Below, piece after piece: positions 36,624 to 44,055 of a stretch of DNA of 44,055 nt. Below the pieces are notes generated by a model. The model was given only the letters and a program-made list of their open reading frames with translations, did not search any database and was not told where the DNA came from. This DNA comes from a virus (lineage: Duplodnaviria; Heunggongvirae; Uroviricota; Caudoviricetes), in the IMG/VR virus record IMGVR_UViG_2778261667_000008, positions 1 to 44,055 of that record, one strand, 5' to 3'. The number at the start of each line of letters is the position of its first letter. Position 1 is the stretch's first letter. The position numbers and the translations under genes are program-made.

Positions 36624-37064
36624 ATCAATAACTCTCAACTGTAAGGGTATTGAAATGTTAACACAAGCTCTCGCTGTAGGGGTATAGCCGAGACCACCGA
36701 AGCCCGGAGGTGGTGAAATAAAACCGGGCACAACACGAAGGCGCATTTCCGATATCCATAAAGAGTCGGTCTTGTCTGTTAAATTTAAATGGTGGGAGTG
36801 CGCCTCCGGTTGTAAATAACGACATTGCTGTGTGTAGTCCTGGCGGCATCAGTTTTTTTCTTGAAGTTCGGCTGATGTCCGCCCTTTTTAAAGTGAATTT
36901 TGTGATGCGGTGAATGCGGCTAAGCGCACGTGGCACAGTTAAAAGTCATGTTAGTCCTTATTGGTTTGGGTGGGAAAGCCGACTGTAATTGTTAACTGGT
37001 TGCAGTCACCTGGAGGCACCAGGCACCGCATCAACAAAGTTCATTTGTAAAAATGGAGATAATT

Positions 37065-37286
37065 ATGATTGCACATCACTTCGGAACTGATGAAATACCA
37101 CGTCAGTGTGTGACTCCTGGCGATTATGTTCTTCATGAAGGCCGGACATATATTGCCTCGGCAAACAATATTAAAAAGCGAAAACTATATATTCGTAACC
37201 TGACCACAAAAACATGCATTACTGACCGCATGATTAAAGTCTTCCTCGGTCGTGATGGTTTACCTGTAAAGGCGGAGTCATGGTGA
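37065..37286 (+). CDS. kilR: Cell-division (FtsZ) inhibitor KilR
   Basis: 73 aa from the ATG at 37065 with GGAGAT SD ([14 protein letters not shown]...); matches my recollection of KilR. Confidence 0.8.
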   Translation: MIAHHFGTDEIPRQCVTPGDYVLHEGRTYIASANNIKKRKLYIRNLTTKTCITDRMIKVFLGRDGLPVKAESW

Positions 37287-37456
37287 TGACTAAGAAAATA
37301 AAATGTGCTTACCACCTTTGCAAAAAAGACGTTGAAGAAAGCAAAGCTATTGAAAGAATGCTTCACTTCATGCACGGGATTTTATCAAAAGACGAACCGA
37401 GAAAATATTGCAGTGAAGCTTGTGCCGAAAAAGACCAGATGGCACATGAACTTTAA
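37286..37456 (+). CDS. ydaE: Small zinc-ribbon protein
   Basis: Below the ORF-track cutoff. 56 aa, [14 protein letters not shown]...CSEACAEKDQMAHEL with two Cys pairs; start overlaps the kilR stop (TGATG). Confidence 0.6.
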   Translation: MTKKIKCAYHLCKKDVEESKAIERMLHFMHGILSKDEPRKYCSEACAEKDQMAHEL

Positions 37457-37530
37457 TTAATTGACTATTCGAAACTGAATTTATGCCAGAAATGGCAGGT
37501 ATTCGCTCAACCTTAATTAAGGAGAAAAAC

Positions 37531-37806
37531 ATGATTACCAATTATGAAGCCACTGTTGTAACTACCGATGACATTGTTCACGAGGTGAATCTGGAAGGAA
37601 AGCGCATTGGCTACGTAATTAAAACAGAAAATAAAGAAACCCCATTCACTGTGGTTGATATCGATGGTCCATCAGGCAACGTAAAAACACTTGATGAAGG
37701 TGTCAAAAAAATGTGCCTGGTGCATATCGGAAAGAATCTGCCCACAGAAAAAAAAGCCGAATTTCTGGCAACTCTAATTGCAATGAAATTAAAAGGTGAA
37801 ATCTGA
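37531..37806 (+). CDS. racC: RacC
   Basis: 91 aa from the ATG at 37531 with AAGGAG SD (MITNYEATVVTTDDIVHEV...); immediately upstream of recE. Confidence 0.75.
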   Translation: MITNYEATVVTTDDIVHEVNLEGKRIGYVIKTENKETPFTVVDIDGPSGNVKTLDEGVKKMCLVHIGKNLPTEKKAEFLATLIAMKLKGEI

Positions 37807-37907
37807 AAGAAATAGCCTGCGTATGGCGCAGGCTATGAACAGTGTGTATCCGGCAAGATCATTCACTGAACAAAACGAATTTTAATCTGAGTTGAGGTTA
37901 AAAAACA

Positions 37908-40900
37908 ATGAGCACAAAACCACTCTTCCTGTTACGGAAAGCGAAAAAATCATCCGGTGAACCTGACGTCGTCCTGTGGGCAAGCAACGATTTTGAATCG
38001 ACCTGTGCCACTCTGGACTACCTGATCGTTAAGTCAGGTAAAAAACTGAGCAGCTATTTTAAAGCTGTTGCCACGAATTTTCCTGTCGTTAATGACCTGC
38101 CCGCTGAAGGTGAGATCGATTTTACCTGGAGTGAACGCTATCAACTCAGCAAAGACTCCATGACATGGGAACTAAAACCGGGAGCAGCACCAGACAACGC
38201 TCACTATCAAGGCAATACCAACGTCAACGGCGAAGACATGACTGAGATTGAGGAGAATATGCTACTCCCAATTTCTGGCCAGGAACTGCCCATTCGTTGG
38301 CTTGCTCAACACGGCAGCGAAAAACCGGTAACGCACGTTTCACGCGACGGACTCCAGGCATTACACATTGCTCGGGCTGAAGAACTACCGGCTGTTACTG
38401 CCCTGGCTGTTTCCCACAAAACCAGCCTGCTCGACCCGCTGGAAATTCGCGAACTCCACAAACTGGTTCGTGACACTGACAAAGTTTTCCCTAATCCTGG
38501 TAATTCAAACCTGGGACTGATAACTGCTTTTTTCGAAGCATACCTGAACGCTGACTACACCGATCGAGGACTGCTGACAAAAGAGTGGATGAAGGGTAAT
38601 CGTGTTTCACACATCACTCGCACGGCTTCCGGTGCTAATGCTGGCGGCGGAAACCTCACCGATCGCGGCGAAGGTTTCGTACACGATCTGACGTCACTGG
38701 CGCGCGACGTAGCCACTGGCGTACTGGCCCGTTCAATGGATCTGGACATCTATAACCTTCATCCGGCACACGCTAAACGCATTGAGGAAATTATCGCTGA
38801 AAATAAACCGCCCTTTTCTGTTTTCCGCGACAAATTCATCACCATGCCTGGCGGGCTGGATTATTCCCGCGCCATCGTGGTTGCGTCCGTAAAAGAAGCA
38901 CCAATTGGGATCGAGGTCATCCCCGCGCACGTCACTGAATATCTGAACAAAGTACTGACTGAAACCGATCATGCCAACCCTGATCCGGAAATCGTGGATA
39001 TTGCCTGCGGTCGCTCCTCTGCCCCGATGCCGCAGCGAGTAACAGAAGAAGGAAAACAGGATGATGAAGAAAAACCGCAACCATCTGGAACAACGGCAGT
39101 TGAACAGGGAGAGGCTGAAACAATGGAACCGGACGCAACTGAACATCATCAGGACACGCAGCCGCTGGATGCTCAGTCACAGGTAAATTCTGTTGATGCG
39201 AAATATCAGGAACTGCGGGCAGAACTCCATGAAGCCCGGAAAAACATTCCATCAAAAAATCCTGTCGATGCCGATAAATTGCTTGCTGCATCACGTGGTG
39301 AATTTGTTGACGGAATTAGCGACCCGAACGATCCGAAATGGGTAAAGGGGATCCAGACTCGCGACTCTGTGTACCAGAACCAGCCAGAAACGAAACAAAA
39401 CACGCCAGAAACTGTAAAAACCAGCCCGGATGTGAAACAACCTGAGCCAGTAGTGCAACAGAAACCGGAAATAGTCTGCAATGCCTGCGGTCAGACTGGC
39501 GGGGATAACTGCCCTGACTGTGGTGCGGTGATGGGCGACGCAACATACCAGGAAACATTCGATGAAGAGAATCAGGTTGAAGCTAAGGAAAATGATCCGG
39601 AGGAAATGGAAGGCGCTGAACATCCGCACAAGGAGAACGCTAGCAACCATCCGCATCACGATTGCAGTGATGAAACTGGTGAAGCGTCAGCTCATGTAGC
39701 AACTGAAATCATGTGGCCGTCATATTTCGAGCCTGGCCGCTATGAAAACCTCCCGAACGAGGTTTATCACTCCGCCAACGGAATAAGCAGCACAATGCTG
39801 AAGGATGCCCGCATCAGTCTGATGTATTACCACGGGCGGCACATTGCCGGAACTATTCCGAACGAGGAAAGTGATGCATTGCTGCGTGGGCGGATCATTC
39901 ACAGCTATGTTCTGGAAACGGATAAATTCGCTGATGAATATGCCATTCCGGTACCGGTTCCTGAATATGTGGTTACTACTTCTAACGAACTGATCACCAT
40001 CATTAAAAAACACAATGCCAGTCTGCCATCACTGATGACACCAGAGCAGATGAAAGAGTGGATCGAAAGCTACAACAGCACTCTTATACAGCCACTGTCG
40101 GTAAGCGCTGGGGCCGAAGAAACAGGCATCCTTTACGGTTCGCTTCCGGAGGAATTTCGGCGTATTCCTGAGGGGGAAAAACACACAGCATCAGCAATGA
40201 AAGCCTGTATTAAAGAATACAACGCAAGCCTCCCTCCTCTGCTGAAAACCAGTGGAACACGGGAGCAGCTTCTGGAGCAAATTGAAACTGTAGATCCAGA
40301 ACTGGCAAAAAAAGAACGTGCTAAATCGTTGCCTTACAACATCAGTGGCACAAAAGAGCAATTAACCGAAATCGCCCGGAAAATTCGCCCGGAACTGGTA
40401 ACACTGGAGGACTGGCAAAAACGCCAGCAAGAAGAAAATGCAGGAAAAACGTTTATCAGTCCAGATATGTATGAACAGGCAAAAAATATTCACGCGGCAC
40501 TGCAAAACAATACTGACGCGGCAAGACTACTCAACCACCCGGATCGCAAATCTGAAATCAGCTATTTCGGGTTTGATGAAGAAACCGGGCTGGAAATCAG
40601 AGTCCGCCCTGATATCGAAATCCGACTGCCATACGAAAGCATCTGCGCCGACGTGAAATCAGTAAGCCTCGGTTATGTGCGGCAAGAACGACTAAAAGAT
40701 CGCTTACACCGTGAAATTATTGAACGTGATTATCACCTGAGCGCCGCAATGTACTGCGATGTGGCAAACCTGGACAAATTTTTCTGGATCTTCGTCAACA
40801 AAGATGCTGGCTATCACTGGGTGGCTGTCGTGGAAGCCTCGCAGGAACTCCTGGAACTTGGTCGACAGGAATATCGCCGGACGCTACGACAGATAAACGA

Positions 40901-41000
40901 AGCGCTGGAGACAAACAACTGGCCAGCACCGATTACCGAAAGTTATACCGACGAATTAAACGACTTTGATCTTCGTCGTCTTGAAGCACTGAGCATCTGA
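37908..41000 (+). CDS. recE: Exodeoxyribonuclease VIII (RecE), full-length 1030-aa form
   Basis: N-terminus [46 protein letters not shown]... matches my recollection of RecE; internal Cys cluster [16 protein letters not shown]; nuclease-type C-terminal third. Confidence 0.85.
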   Translation: MSTKPLFLLRKAKKSSGEPDVVLWASNDFESTCATLDYLIVKSGKKLSSYFKAVATNFPVVNDLPAEGEIDFTWSERYQLSKDSMTWELKPGAAPDNAHYQGNTNVNGEDMTEIEENMLLPISGQELPIRWLAQHGSEKPVTHVSRDGLQALHIARAEELPAVTALAVSHKTSLLDPLEIRELHKLVRDTDKVFPNPGNSNLGLITAFFEAYLNADYTDRGLLTKEWMKGNRVSHITRTASGANAGGGNLTDRGEGFVHDLTSLARDVATGVLARSMDLDIYNLHPAHAKRIEEIIAENKPPFSVFRDKFITMPGGLDYSRAIVVASVKEAPIGIEVIPAHVTEYLNKVLTETDHANPDPEIVDIACGRSSAPMPQRVTEEGKQDDEEKPQPSGTTAVEQGEAETMEPDATEHHQDTQPLDAQSQVNSVDAKYQELRAELHEARKNIPSKNPVDADKLLAASRGEFVDGISDPNDPKWVKGIQTRDSVYQNQPETKQNTPETVKTSPDVKQPEPVVQQKPEIVCNACGQTGGDNCPDCGAVMGDATYQETFDEENQVEAKENDPEEMEGAEHPHKENASNHPHHDCSDETGEASAHVATEIMWPSYFEPGRYENLPNEVYHSANGISSTMLKDARISLMYYHGRHIAGTIPNEESDALLRGRIIHSYVLETDKFADEYAIPVPVPEYVVTTSNELITIIKKHNASLPSLMTPEQMKEWIESYNSTLIQPLSVSAGAEETGILYGSLPEEFRRIPEGEKHTASAMKACIKEYNASLPPLLKTSGTREQLLEQIETVDPELAKKERAKSLPYNISGTKEQLTEIARKIRPELVTLEDWQKRQQEENAGKTFISPDMYEQAKNIHAALQNNTDAARLLNHPDRKSEISYFGFDEETGLEIRVRPDIEIRLPYESICADVKSVSLGYVRQERLKDRLHREIIERDYHLSAAMYCDVANLDKFFWIFVNKDAGYHWVAVVEASQELLELGRQEYRRTLRQINEALETNNWPAPITESYTDELNDFDLRRLEALSI

Positions 41001-41011
41001 GGAAGGACACA

Positions 41012-42064
41012 ATGAACGAATTAACTCAACAAGAAAATATTAACTCTAATGTTGCGGTTTTCAGCCCTCAGTCTCTGGCTGCAATTCAGACGTTTTCTCA
41101 GGTAATGGCTTCCGGCATGGCTACTGTACCGGAACACCTCCGAGGAAATCCATCAGACTGCATGGCCATCACCATGCAGGCGATGCAGTGGCAAATGAAC
41201 CCTTACGCAGTAGCTCAGAAAACTTTCGTTGTGAATGGTGTGCTCGGATATGAAGCGCAACTGGTTAATGCCGTAATCAGTACTCGTGGGCCGCTAACCG
41301 GGCGTATTGAATATGACTGGTTCGGGCCGTGGGAAAAAATTATCGGGAAATTTGAAATCAGGAAGAACGACAAAGGGAAAGAATATCGTGTACCTGGCTG
41401 GAAGCTGGCCGATGAAAACGGGATCGGAGTTCGCGTCCAGGCAACACTACGCGGAGAGAGCAAACCACGCGTACTGGAGTTACTTCTGGCGCAGGCCAGA
41501 ACACGTAACTCAACGTTATGGGCCGATGATCCTCGTCAGCAGCTTGCCTATCTGGCACTGAAACGCTGGGCGCGCCTTTATTGCCCTGAAGTGATTCTTG
41601 GAGTGTACACCCGGGACGAACTGGACGAACCACAGGAAAAAATCATTAATCCGGTTCAGGAACATAAAAACACATCCGCCTGCCGTGCGGAACGTGAAAC
41701 AACAATTATTGAGCAGGATGCAGGGGAAAACTGGATCAGTGCTTTCCGTGAACGTATTGAGCAGGCACAAAGCACCGGAGAAACAACAGCACTTCGGCAG
41801 GAAGTGGAAGAGCATAAAAATACACTTGGCGTTCTCTATACGGAACTTAAAGGAAAAGTGGTTCAGCGTCATCACCGTCTCAATGCTATTGCCCGTATTG
41901 AGAAGATGATAAATGAGCTGACTTCATCAGGTGATCCGGAAGCAGAACAAAAATTTACTGCTCTGGAAAATGCGTTGAATGCTGCACGACCACATCTGGG
42001 AGAATTATATGAGGCGTATAAAACGACACTGACAGATATGAAACCAGAATATATCGGCTCCTGA
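41012..42064 (+). CDS. Single-strand annealing protein partner of RecE (Red-beta-like rather than RecT-like by my reading)
   Basis: 350 aa immediately after recE; the N-terminal half (NPYAVAQKTFVVNGVLGYEAQ..., ...LWADDPRQQLAYLALKRWARLYCPEV) loosely resembles lambda Bet and does not resemble my recollection of K-12 RecT. Confidence 0.5.
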   Translation: MNELTQQENINSNVAVFSPQSLAAIQTFSQVMASGMATVPEHLRGNPSDCMAITMQAMQWQMNPYAVAQKTFVVNGVLGYEAQLVNAVISTRGPLTGRIEYDWFGPWEKIIGKFEIRKNDKGKEYRVPGWKLADENGIGVRVQATLRGESKPRVLELLLAQARTRNSTLWADDPRQQLAYLALKRWARLYCPEVILGVYTRDELDEPQEKIINPVQEHKNTSACRAERETTIIEQDAGENWISAFRERIEQAQSTGETTALRQEVEEHKNTLGVLYTELKGKVVQRHHRLNAIARIEKMINELTSSGDPEAEQKFTALENALNAARPHLGELYEAYKTTLTDMKPEYIGS

Positions 42065-42127
42065 TATTTACTATGGCGGCGTAGCCTCACCGCCATAACA
42101 AAACTTTATTTTATGAGAGAAAATACA

Positions 42128-42322
42128 ATGCGGTATGAAAAAGTCAAACCATGTCCATTTTGTGGTTGTTCATCAGTAACGGTGAAAGCCATCTCAGGAT
42201 ATTACCGAGCGAAGTGTAACGGATGCGAATCCCGAACCGGTTATGGTGGAAGTGAAAAAGAAGCACTCGAAAGATGGAATAAACGAACCACTGGAAATAA
42301 TAATGGAGGTGTTCATGTATAA
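42128..42322 (+). CDS. ralR: Restriction alleviation protein RalR (Lar)
   Basis: 64 aa from the ATG at 42128, MRYEKVKPCPFCGC..., zinc-ribbon Cys pairs; matches my recollection of RalR. Confidence 0.8.
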   Translation: MRYEKVKPCPFCGCSSVTVKAISGYYRAKCNGCESRTGYGGSEKEALERWNKRTTGNNNGGVHV

Positions 42323-42503
42323 AATTACCGCCACTATTGAAAAGGAAGGTGGCACTCCTACTAACTGGACAAGATATTCAAAATCTAAACTAACGAAATC
42401 AGAATGCGAAAAAATGCTCTCAGGTAAAAAAGAAGCAGGCGTTTCCAGAGAGCAGAAAGTAAAACTGATAAATTTTAATTGCGAGAAACTTCAGTCCTCG
42501 TGA
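42315..42503 (+). CDS. ydaC: Small protein YdaC-like
   Basis: Reading frame MYKITATIEKEGGTPTNW... with GGAGGT just upstream; overlaps the ralR 3' end; an alternative ATG lies at 42303. Name by synteny. Confidence 0.45.
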   Translation: MYKITATIEKEGGTPTNWTRYSKSKLTKSECEKMLSGKKEAGVSREQKVKLINFNCEKLQSS

Positions 42504-42602
42504 ATTGCACTGTATTCAAATTAAAACTTCATAGCTGATTATTAATAATCAACATCGGGCGTCAATTTCAGTCTAACATTGGCGCCTGCCAGAGGTGATG
42601 CG

Positions 42603-42818
42603 ATGGCACAAGTAATCTTTAATGAAGAGTGGATGGTTGAATACGGCCTAATGCTTCGCACTGGTCTGGGGGCCAGACAAATTGAAGCATACCGCCAGAA
42701 CTGTTGGGTGGAGGGCTTCCACTTCAAACGAGTATCTCCTTTAGGTAAGCCAGACAGCAAACGAGGGATTATCTGGTACAACTATCCAAAGATAAATCAG
42801 TTTATCAAAGACTCATGA
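42603..42818 (+). CDS. xisR: Excisionase
   Basis: 71 aa from the ATG at 42603 ([32 protein letters not shown]...); directly upstream of the integrase (stop and start form TGATATG). Confidence 0.8.
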   Translation: MAQVIFNEEWMVEYGLMLRTGLGARQIEAYRQNCWVEGFHFKRVSPLGKPDSKRGIIWYNYPKINQFIKDS

Positions 42819-42819
42819 T

Positions 42820-44055
42820 ATGTCTAAATTACCAACAGGTGTCGAGATTAGAGGTAGATACATTCGCATCTGGTTCATGTTTCGAGGAAAACGATGTCGG
42901 GAAACATTAAAAGGCTGGGAGATTACAAACAGTAATATTAAAAAGGCCGGAAATTTAAGAGCGCTGATAGTTCATGAAATAAACTCTGGTGAATTTGAGT
43001 ATTTAAGACGTTTTCCCCAGTCCAGCACTGGGGCAAAAATGGTGACAACGAGAGTCATAAAAACGTTCGGAGAACTTTGTGATATCTGGACAAAAATTAA
43101 AGAGACAGAGTTAACAACAAACACAATGAAGAAAACGAAATCACAATTAAAAACACTCAGAATAATAATTTGTGAAAGTACCCCGATATCACATATTCGT
43201 TATAGCGATATCTTAAACTACCGGAATGAACTGCTGCATGGAGAAACGCTTTACCTGGATAATCCAAGATCCAACAAAAAAGGAAGAACCGTGCGCACAG
43301 TTGATAACTATATCGCCCTGCTCTGTTCGCTGTTGCGTTTTGCGTATCAGTCGGGATTTATATCAACCAAACCATTTGAAGGAGTAAAAAAATTACAGCG
43401 AAACAGAATAAAGCCTGATCCGTTATCTAAAACAGAATTCAATGCATTAATGGAAAGTGAAAAAGGACAGAGCCAGAACTTGTGGAAATTTGCCGTTTAC
43501 TCAGGACTTCGTCACGGGGAACTGGCAGCTCTGGCGTGGGAGGATGTGGATCTCGAAAAGGGAATAGTGAATGTCAGAAGAAACCTGACGATACTTGATA
43601 TGTTCGGTCCCCCAAAAACAAATGCCGGGATCCGGACAGTAACACTACTGCAGCCTGCTCTTGAAGCACTGAAGGAGCAATACAAACTGACCGGGCATCA
43701 TCGCAAAAGCGAAATCACTTTTTATCATCGGGAGTACGGCAGAACCGAAAAGCAAAAACTGCATTTTGTTTTCATGCCCAGAGTGTGTAACGGAAAACAG
43801 AAACCTTATTACTCGGTAAGCAGTTTGGGTGCGAGATGGAATGCAGCAGTAAAACGTGCTGGTATTCGCCGCCGTAATCCGTACCATACGCGGCATACTT
43901 TTGCCTGCTGGCTGTTGACGGCAGGAGCGAACCCGGCGTTTATAGCCAGCCAGATGGGGCATGAAACTGCGCAGATGGTGTATGAAATTTACGGTATGTG
44001 GATTGATGACATGAACGACGAACAGGTAGCCATGTTGAATGCGCGGTTATCGTAG
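42820..44055 (+). CDS. intR: Tyrosine-type site-specific integrase
   Basis: 411 aa; C-terminal catalytic region with R...HTRHTF...Y-type motifs (NPYHTRHTFACWLL...YEIYGMW); stop codon TAG is the last 3 bases of the window. Confidence 0.9.
   Translation: MSKLPTGVEIRGRYIRIWFMFRGKRCRETLKGWEITNSNIKKAGNLRALIVHEINSGEFEYLRRFPQSSTGAKMVTTRVIKTFGELCDIWTKIKETELTTNTMKKTKSQLKTLRIIICESTPISHIRYSDILNYRNELLHGETLYLDNPRSNKKGRTVRTVDNYIALLCSLLRFAYQSGFISTKPFEGVKKLQRNRIKPDPLSKTEFNALMESEKGQSQNLWKFAVYSGLRHGELAALAWEDVDLEKGIVNVRRNLTILDMFGPPKTNAGIRTVTLLQPALEALKEQYKLTGHHRKSEITFYHREYGRTEKQKLHFVFMPRVCNGKQKPYYSVSSLGARWNAAVKRAGIRRRNPYHTRHTFACWLLTAGANPAFIASQMGHETAQMVYEIYGMWIDDMNDEQVAMLNARLS

Larger units (their letters stand above)
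1..44055. mobile_element. Lambdoid (Rac-like) prophage segment: tail - head - packaging - lysis - late regulation - cargo - replication - immunity - recombination - integrase
   Basis: Continuous phage gene order across the whole window; many products recognisable as Rac proteins (TrkG, RecE, RalR, RacC, KilR, SieB, RacR, YdaS/T/U/V, IntR) and lambda-like tail proteins (M, L, K, I, J). Both prophage ends lie outside the window, so att sites cannot be seen. Confidence 0.85.

Noticed and set aside
38555-40013. Several 64-138-aa minus-strand ORFs within recE
   Set aside because: Antisense to a long, well-supported coding region; no independent signals.

Overview
This 44 kb window is essentially one contiguous lambdoid prophage of the E. 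coli Rac type; gene names are assigned from my recollection of K-12 Rac proteins and lambda tail proteins, with no database search. Most genes read right-to-left (minus strand). From the right end: tyrosine integrase intR (its stop codon is the last 3 bases of the window) and excisionase; the ralR / recE / annealase block; racC, ydaE, kilR; sieB; the racR-ydaS/ydaT immunity switch with palindromic operators; ydaU/ydaV replication genes. Next comes an AT-rich cargo region with a three-gene translationally coupled operon (DUF262-like protein, AAA_21-type ATPase, unknown 325-aa protein) followed by a hok-family toxin gene. Then a nin/Q-like late-regulatory block with tandem terminators, an AT-rich moron slot, and an S21-type holin / SAR-endolysin / Rz-Rz1 lysis cassette interrupted by two extra small genes. 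Further left are the trkG potassium-transporter moron, a ParB-like nuclease gene plus a 318-aa unknown, terminase, portal, head and tail genes, ending in lambda-like M-L-K-I-J (J truncated by the left edge). I found no rRNA, tRNA, CRISPR array or transposase. The most interesting element is the operon at 27956-31159, which has the hallmarks of an anti-phage defence cassette that I cannot assign to a named system from sequence alone. The ORF track often reports TTG/GTG-initiated ORFs as M, so several starts were moved to the first ATG with a Shine-Dalgarno sequence.
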